Source: Monocercomonoides exilis PA203
Taxonomy: Eukaryota > Protista > Preaxostyla
NCBI GenBank assembly: GCA_001643675.2
Contig: LSRY02000005.1
Span: forward strand, 1,550,001-1,614,000
Direction of reading: 5' to 3'
Length of the DNA: 64,000 nucleotides
Part shown: in pieces, positions 58,520-64,000 of the stretch
Layout of the letters: the number at the start of each line of letters is the position of its first letter
Position numbering within the stretch: the stretch's first letter is position 1
Program-made: the position numbers and the translations under genes
The notes under the pieces: generated by a model
Databases searched by the model: none
The model's input: the letters and a program-made list of their open reading frames with translations, nothing else
Told to the model about the DNA's origin: nothing

Positions 58520-61500
58520 TCACGTTCATTCCTCCAACATCCAAGCATCCGGTTACAGATGAATTTGCACAAAGAATAATCTCCTGTTTAATATTCTGTG
58601 ATCTCTTCAAATGCCCCATCCCATAATTCACATTCAAACATGGAGCCTTTTCCAACCCACAATACACTTCCTCCACTCCAGATGTTCCATCCACATACAC
58701 CGAATCAGAAGTATATCCGTCCAAAAATATAAACAGGTTCACATCCCAATCCCTAAACATTTGAGTTCTGTCATGCCCAACAACAGAGTTGTCTTTTTCA
58801 GCGATGCTTCTCATGAAGGCGAAAAAGGGCTCTTTCACAGAAGCTGCAAATGATTCGCACACAAAATACATATCTCTTCCAACACTGGCCTTGTTGGCTG
58901 AAAACACGATATTGGTGATGGAAAAGGAGGATTCCGATACTTGTGAGCCTTGATTGAACTCGATCATGAGAGCACCGCCTCTTCCTCCAGAACTTGTGTC
59001 CTCGCTCACACAGCAGGTGGAAAAGGTTGTGTTCCTCACAGAAAATGTGTTGGTAGAGGCAGACGAGGCGAATGAGATGCACCCGCCATCTGTGGAAGTC
59101 TGTTGGTGTTGTGGAGCTGAGTCGATGTTGGTGATTGTGCAGTTGGTGAGGGAGAGGGAGAGGGCAGGGGAGGTGGCAGAGGAGAGGACACAGCTGGCTG
59201 GAGTGGCTGTGGAGGTGATGTGGGTGATGTTGGAGGAGTTGAGGGTGAGGGGAGCGGTGAGGGAGGTGAGGTGGAAGATGCTCTGGCTGCTGAGGGCGAG
59301 ACTGGTGATTGCTGTGTGGTTGAGGGCGAGGGAGCCAGCAGTGAGGAAGAAGAGGGGTGTGGTGATTGATGATGAAGATGGGGTTGTTCCGGTGATGGTG
59401 GTTGTGTTGAGTTTGAGGGAAGGGGAGTTTTGGAAGAGGTGGAAGAGGATGGGGGTGATTTGATTTGAGGAGTTGTGGGCGATGGCGAGGGCAGAGACTG
59501 TGAGGGAGCCCTGAGTTTGCTGGAAGAGGGCAGACGAGGCAGATGGATCTGGTGAATAAGATGTTGATAATGATGAAGATAATGAAAATGAGGAAAGAGA
59601 TGATGCTGATTGTGATGATTGTGAATGTGGTTGAGGAATACCATCAGAGGATATGATGGTTGTAGTTGTTCCATTTCCGGTGATTTTAATGCTGGAAGCG
59701 ATGAAGGTGAGTGTTTGAAGAGGAACAAATGTTGAGCTGAGGAGTGTGAGGGATGCGTCTTGCAGAAGAGCGAAGCCATCGAGGGAATACTCGATGGTGG
59801 CACATGGAGTCTGTCGTGGTCTACCACAAGCATAGTCATCAACACCGCTGTTGGCAACGACTTTGTTCTGATCAATGATTGGTAGCCAGCCATTGAACAC
59901 TGCGTTGTCAGCTTGTCCATTATTCCAGACTCTTTTTGTTGGGGTTGTTGAGCAGCAATTCTCGAACGGGGATTGAGTGATGCTGCTACCATTGAAAAAT
60001 ACATCGTTTCCTCTACCATTTTTGGCGGAGTTGCCTTCGAAGAAGCAGAATATGATGAATTTGACTTCATTCATCCAATCGTATGTTCTTGTGCAACACA
60101 GCGCAGCGCCACCATAGGAAGTTGATGAACTTGTCAATTTGTTGTTTATGAATTGGCAATCATTAACCAAAAATTGATTTGGTTTATTTTGTGGAGGATC
60201 TGCAAATGTGAGAGAGCCGGCAGCATCGCCTCCAGTATTTGAGATGCACTTGCTTTTGGAAAACAAGAATTGAGCATTTGAAGATAAGGAGCTGATAGCA
60301 AAATGCCAACCAGTTCCACACCAATCTGTTATTGAACAACTTTCCACCCTGTTTTCTGAGAATGCCCAAACAGAATTTGATTGTGGCCAAGCTATGCAAT
60401 TTGCTCCTTCATGAGCAGCAGAACAACTTGTGAAATTGGATTTTGCGATGTTCACATTTAACAACAATTCACAATATAACGCTCCACCATGGCTATTACC
60501 TGTGCATGAACAATTGTTGAATGAGCAAGAAGTGATTGTGAGATTTGCATTTATGCGGTTAACATAAAGCGCTCCTCCATCACTTGATCCACCAGTTGTA
60601 TTTTCCCATTCGCACCATTCAAAGCGATGGCTGTTAACATCGAATGAAGTCAATCTTCCAGGTTTCACTCTTTGAGTTTCAGTTCCAACATGTACTACAG
60701 CAGCATTGGCTGAAGAACGAGTTTGGCGAAGAAAAGAGGTATTGAAGGCAGAGAGGGAAGTGAATGGGCTGTTGAGGTTGGGGAGGATGGCTCCATCGAC
60801 GGGGTTGTGAGTGTGCAGGAAGATGGTTGAGTGGACAAAGATAGAGAAACGAAGAGATAAGAAGGGTATTGTGTTTGTGTTAGTGTTTGTGTTAGTGTTT
60901 GTGGTGATTGTGGTGGTGGTGAATGAGTTGTGTGTGTGTGTGGGTTTGGCAGGAATGGTGTGTGTGGATTGTGGTGCAGTGGTGATGTTTGTGAAGAGTG
61001 TGTCCGAGAGATGGAGATCGAGGTGGATTTGAAGATGACGATAGAGAAGGGAAGAAGAAGAGGATGATGAAGGAGAAAAAAGGAAGGGATTGTGGAGGGA
61101 GATGAACGAGGAGAAAGAGGAATGGGAGATGGAGAAGGAAGTGGAGATTGAGGAGTGTGCATCTGGGAGGAGATTATTTGGGATGGAGAAGAGGGGGAAG
61201 GAGATGATGGCTGGTTGAGGGATTGCGAGGGAGAAGTTGGTGAGAGAAAGGGAGCTGTGAGAAGAGAGGAAAAGTGCGTGGCTGGCATCTGCGTGGATTC
61301 GGCAGGTGGAGGAGAAAATGGTGCATGATGAGTGATGTTGCGCAGCGAGGAATGCACAGCCACCAAGAGGTTCCATGACGAGATCGCTCACACACAACGA
61401 GGTGTTGATGATATTCACATTTGTTCGAGCACAACTGACACGATCACCTGATGAAAATATGACTTTTGCTGCACCTATGCCTTTTTTATTGTAGTATTTG

Positions 61501-61664
61501 TTGCTGCTGTTTTCAACGCTGATCGTGCTTTCTGGCATCTCCCAATTCATTTCTTGTTGATTTTGTTTTTCAGCAATGCCTCTGTCATTGACGCAATTGA
61601 CAACAACCAATATCAGAGCAACAATATTTATTGCAACTTTTGCGCTGGTGGAGAACCTCACCAT
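53589..61664 (-). CDS. Receptor-like surface protein with degenerate protein-kinase C-lobe (expanded family), copy B, full length (~2690 aa)
   Basis: Likely start at ATG 61664, giving a signal-peptide-like MVRFSTSAKVAINIVALILVVVNC. Four CGxxxxPC-initiated beta-helix-like modules, a TM segment WALIVIILLVVTLLIVLIVSIVLAV, and a C-terminal WKAPE kinase-like region. Confidence 0.88.
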   Translation of the reverse strand: MVRFSTSAKVAINIVALILVVVNCVNDRGIAEKQNQQEMNWEMPESTISVENSSNKYYNKKGIGAAKVIFSSGDRVSCARTNVNIINTSLCVSDLVMEPLGGCAFLAAQHHSSCTIFSSTCRIHADASHALFLSSHSSLSLTNFSLAIPQPAIISFPLFSIPNNLLPDAHSSISTSFSISHSSFSSFISLHNPFLFSPSSSSSSSLLYRHLQIHLDLHLSDTLFTNITTAPQSTHTIPAKPTHTHNSFTTTTITTNTNTNTNTNTIPFLSLRFSIFVHSTIFLHTHNPVDGAILPNLNSPFTSLSAFNTSFLRQTRSSANAAVVHVGTETQRVKPGRLTSFDVNSHRFEWCEWENTTGGSSDGGALYVNRINANLTITSCSFNNCSCTGNSHGGALYCELLLNVNIAKSNFTSCSAAHEGANCIAWPQSNSVWAFSENRVESCSITDWCGTGWHFAISSLSSNAQFLFSKSKCISNTGGDAAGSLTFADPPQNKPNQFLVNDCQFINNKLTSSSTSYGGAALCCTRTYDWMNEVKFIIFCFFEGNSAKNGRGNDVFFNGSSITQSPFENCCSTTPTKRVWNNGQADNAVFNGWLPIIDQNKVVANSGVDDYACGRPRQTPCATIEYSLDGFALLQDASLTLLSSTFVPLQTLTFIASSIKITGNGTTTTIISSDGIPQPHSQSSQSASSLSSFSLSSSLSTSYSPDPSASSALFQQTQGSLTVSALAIAHNSSNQITPILFHLFQNSPSLKLNTTTITGTTPSSSSITTPLFFLTAGSLALNHTAITSLALSSQSIFHLTSLTAPLTLNSSNITHITSTATPASCVLSSATSPALSLSLTNCTITNIDSAPQHQQTSTDGGCISFASSASTNTFSVRNTTFSTCCVSEDTSSGGRGGALMIEFNQGSQVSESSFSITNIVFSANKASVGRDMYFVCESFAASVKEPFFAFMRSIAEKDNSVVGHDRTQMFRDWDVNLFIFLDGYTSDSVYVDGTSGVEEVYCGLEKAPCLNVNYGMGHLKRSQNIKQEIILCANSSVTGCLDVGGMNVKAKSETIVGVECKREVSGVEECILKSTLVTEIQFIGIIVPSRFNRAITSVIESTTQNGELHMKNCAISAIGGNKNTIGFSLIKSTGKMVELDSVTISDVKSSVALFSISPSSGTVNEGEGEGEYKVKLLNCTMEGCSLDDSSFGESPLMISSSVLFENSNFSNIENKGSEEGGVAKVTLQGNEKLDIKSTNVSSCSLLKSNGKGGFLYLDCQNCLNEKPFVFDAGITFVNNKAAIGKNVFIMGKDFNTSVTNDSFKFDYSSMKDDMTLFVGSDNFHSNKDLFMFLIPYSSFEIFISAEGFDVTRCGSEEEPCFTMWKGMENMEIGTRMKTIQIEGSTVIQDSFNVSNYQIKKSVKMGEENVKATLNFEKAIGNQLEYFMENDVHLELMNIQLQLTSGFNNSAKTIISNINGDLVITGCSFHSEAEVNNGFDCVFVDAIGGSVEVNDLSIESCNVGNSIFAINDVGVSCHFVNIHVKSLNESGGCILSIKKSEAGLKINEGGEEMNLNIDNSSFSGVKRSDNGASIFESKSEKKICLVVNESSIIEGKAEESEKGGAIFFTLGASGSMKMIETIISHCSCGSTTGKGGGVHLATKETEFLDFVFVGMKFSVNTAKVGNDIFIECFNITSQINETQFRFDLREGHYSRMNAIYGIDCCEHIEDTDLIDFVTIYQSDTIIVSSVNGSDERQCGTNTLPCHSIDYGLMHLTSDFMSLMFIVKESVIEGELDLEEMSLSSKSRGLCEVEVKSDITRTRKTLVTTTGTVSLLRMNIIFDSNFIYSHESLISPEGEILEIMNCSFTTKQLPEEGNAEYASIPFHLLNMEKGELQLMECKVNNLILHKSALSLSSPHPSAINSLMFCNSTVKTSLIEINECGQMNMEKVRTENITIEGNDESLISCFSMKKTMQLTNCTIDGVSSKTTKGKLMKVEDCVDVKMDSCIFDGSSNERNELHLNKEEEEICRWSGSLVDVVKSSVLMKDTTISNSPEGGITMSGGSVKIEMGLFENNNPSIEGYPSLRRNIICSDSGTLNVMSLKGGDGWERNTSLWMLNDGCSFEGIVSERDSSFFIPVLESVEAKEEANRMKFIFKGMLLVPCNLSFSVVKRKGEEKEIEKHDFDGNGFLSETEVEGSVAKDLISSCEDEIEVSVHILFGNAESPSLTDSFILKNRSEPKENGDERIVEGGKEGKSSWALIVIILLVVTLLIVLIVSIVLAVRWRRAKIENKDLREIVNDSVKKDPKLIEMVTMEMSPEAQWRRAEIEAEKKNEERIKKRINGKEMVHSESEEYLLSESGSTEYILGKDSDKIPEWMLEKIDEKEEEETRKRTPSPSISSTCSTDSDSTFVRGEDLCPTTSSMSNLVDAMACSSPHEKLIVDLRDSLFMLLHGRNEKKEMAIGSLQEREQTAAQILFWVANGALHSFDEMENPLSSLANLSPHIVLFSEHMVICIAMHSDCSSDDSSDSSSISSLTIVSSSSNISLMSERFTDSPPPSSAFEDDENARKEFLRWKAPELLMNKKMGATKESVAFSIGMMLWECLTLQIPFGEYEGDVAGQKIANGERPSTDTIQDSKLTNLVQSMLSSTVSDRPSLVFLKSECIRLFPQNACNFTVSDAIDLAMESNCSECNNGSCSTKKSSKTTTQTLVEQ

Positions 61665-63679
61665 GGAAGAAGATGAAAGAAAAAACTGAAAACAAAAATT
61701 CCTGCGCCCAATATATTTATATATTCCATTTAAATTATTTTTTTGAAACATCTGAAAATGAATCTGATATTTTCTCAAATATATTGTTGTCAAATCTTGA
61801 CAATTAAATAATTATTTGATTACATGATAAATCTCTTTTGTGAAAAAAATAAGTGAATATCATAAAAAAAATAAAGAAAAGCAATCAATTTTTGAATAAA
61901 CTTAATTTTGTTTTTTCACAAAACAGGAAATTTGAATTAATGCATTTTTTGTTAAATTGAAATTAATATTGAAATCAGATTGCATTTATGTTTGTATATT
62001 GTGGAAAAGTTCATTTTAACAAATCATTAAAGCAAATTCTCATGATGAAACTTTTGAAAGACAAAATCAAATCCTTTTCATTTTTTCTTCACATCAATCT
62101 ATCGTAATGCAGAACTGTTTTTGAAACTTGTGATTTGATTCGCTCTGTTGATTTCTCAAACAGTTGAAGACAACATTGAAATGATGAGAAAGAATAATTA
62201 AAATGAAAAACAAAAAGAAATCTGTTGTTCTCATCAGCAGAGGAATTAATATGGAACATTGTCAGCTTTATTGAAAGACTTCAATGAAAGGTTTTCATCA
62301 ATGAAGTTATTTGATTGGATTTATCTTCTTCCAAAAGCAATCGATTCATAATATTCAACCATGATGACCATGAAAGATGATATTGAAAGAGTGATAAACG
62401 AGATTGATGCAAACAAAGCATTTGGATCATATCAGTACAGATGGTGAAAAGCCAAAGAAGAAGTATTTTCTGAAGAATAAAATTTGAAAAAAAAGATAAA
62501 TTGATGAGAAATCCAACATTCATATGTTGCTTTGTTTTCTTGAAACGATAATGATAGCAAAAGAAGGATTTCAGTACTGCTCAACTCTGATTGTTCGTTT
62601 TCAAAGAATACCAAAGAAAATGAATCATATAACTTGTTGCTTTCTTTATTCACACTGAACAGAAACTTCCTTATCATATGTGTTTCTCAGTTGCTCTGCC
62701 TCCATACCTCCAGATACAAAAGAATAAAGAAGAATTTCTTTTTCTCCATCTCAGAAGAAACATTGCCTTGTTAGTCTCCCTTGCTTTTTTGAGTATTTTT
62801 CCTTTCTTTGACAACGGATTTCACTGCCTAATGAGTTCAGAAAATAAATTGAAATTGACATCCCATCTTAAAAGTGATAATTTTGTTCTTTGATAATAAA
62901 GATGATCTTCACATATTGTTTTTGTTTTCAACAAAAAGATATAACTCATTTCATGAAAAAAGAAAACGAACGTGTCTTTATCTCCATCAACAATCATCAT
63001 TTTCCATTCGTCTCATGAAAGGCTCCACTTCTTATCTGTTCATTTTCCAATTTGTTATTTAAATCTCAATCCAAGTTTGCTTTCCATTGGTCATTTCTTT
63101 CCTTTCAACCTCCTTGAGAGAAGAGAGAATAAAAAGAAAAGAGGACAAGCATTTCACATCATTGTTCCTTGATTGAATATATAGAGAAGAACAAACAGTT
63201 GTTTTTCTTTTTCAACAATGTCGTTTTCTTGTTTTCCTATTCTCTAGAGACAAATTCACTTCTAAAATCAGATTGTGCACACTCTTCAAATAATCAGAAA
63301 TTCCACATCGATCAATCTGAAACAACCTCCTTCATGAATTGTTGAATTGATTTGAAACGTACAAATGTGTTTCTTTTCGGTCTTTTTCAATTCAGTCATT
63401 TCATTTTGCTCTACACTCTTTGACATTGTTTTTGACAAATCAAATCAATTGGAATTGAAATTGCCCCACTATCATTTTATCAAACAATCAACAATGTTTT
63501 TGTGCTCCAACCTCTTTAATTGAAATGAAAACTGCATTTGAGAGACATGAATCCTGCATTGTGTAATTCTGAATGAAAGGATATGAGCGGAGTCAGCACA
63601 AAGATGGAGCACTTGAAATGACTTCAAAGTGAAAGTTTTCAATTCTTTTTTATTTTTGGCATTCTTTTCAATTCCTTTT

Positions 63680-64000
63680 ATGATTGTGATTTTTTTTGAT
63701 AAGCTTTTCTGTGAGTTGGAGTGTTGCATGGAAATAGAGAAGAAGCAGAGAATTGAAGAGATAAATGAGGTGATGCACAAAAGGGAGAAAGAAGAGATTG
63801 TTTTTGTTATTCAGAAAGAATTGTTCAGTTTTATTGAGAAATCGATTGAAGAAAAGAAATCGATGGTGGAAAGAGCCATTCTGATACTGAAGCTAGTGGG
63901 ATATTCAACAGTGATGAGATGAATTCTGAGTGGTTGTTTTTTTGTAACTCTTCATTGAGCAGATTATTCGACAGGATAAATATCGTTGGAAAAAAGAGTG
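63680..64000 (+). pseudogene. Decayed fragment of a helical multigene-family protein
   Basis: KLFCELECCMEIEKKQRIEEINEVM...KELFSFIEKSIEEKKSMVERAILILKLVGY resembles the N-terminus of an abundant oxymonad hypothetical family (from memory). It has no upstream ATG context and hits TGA stops at ~63920 and ~63956. Confidence 0.5.

Noticed and set aside
61665-61793. ORF-track N-terminal extension of copy B from a TTG start
   Set aside because: AT-rich UTR-like sequence. ATG 61664 gives a plausible signal peptide.
62200-63450. Short ORFs / possible minus-strand pseudogene
   Set aside because: Stop-riddled, with no recognisable motif.
1-64000. Genome-wide TAA/TAG-to-Gln reassignment
   Set aside because: H2A.Z, RPS23 and ACSL end at TAA at their expected C-termini, and multi-kb ORFs have no internal TAR codons.

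Overview
AT-rich, gene-dense eukaryotic DNA with short (45-106 nt) GT-AG introns and the standard genetic code (histone, ribosomal and metabolic genes all end in TAA). Composition, Ser/Glu microsatellite-inflated proteins and the expanded gene families suggest an oxymonad such as Monocercomonoides (inference). Two convergent paralogues of a giant receptor-like surface protein (beta-helix ectodomain, one TM segment, degenerate kinase C-lobe) bracket the window as a >5.7 kb inverted duplication. Between them lie a ~380 bp foldback, a myristoylated and apparently inactive CCR4/PDE12-type EEP protein, a TPR/ERICH2-like gene, Scc2/NIPBL with a PHD-like finger, a CBM20-like + ~1050 aa charged helix + tail-anchor protein, a 3-exon prefoldin-beta-like microprotein, histone H2A.Z, a giant Ser/Glu-rich IQ protein, RPS23, a long-chain acyl-CoA synthetase, AT-rich repeats and a complete but defective, intron-containing pogo/Fot1-type (DD35D) transposon with perfect 42 bp TIRs and TA flanks. 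Several genes or exons are missing from the ORF track and were rebuilt here by manual splicing. All family calls come from recognising motifs by eye, not from database searches.
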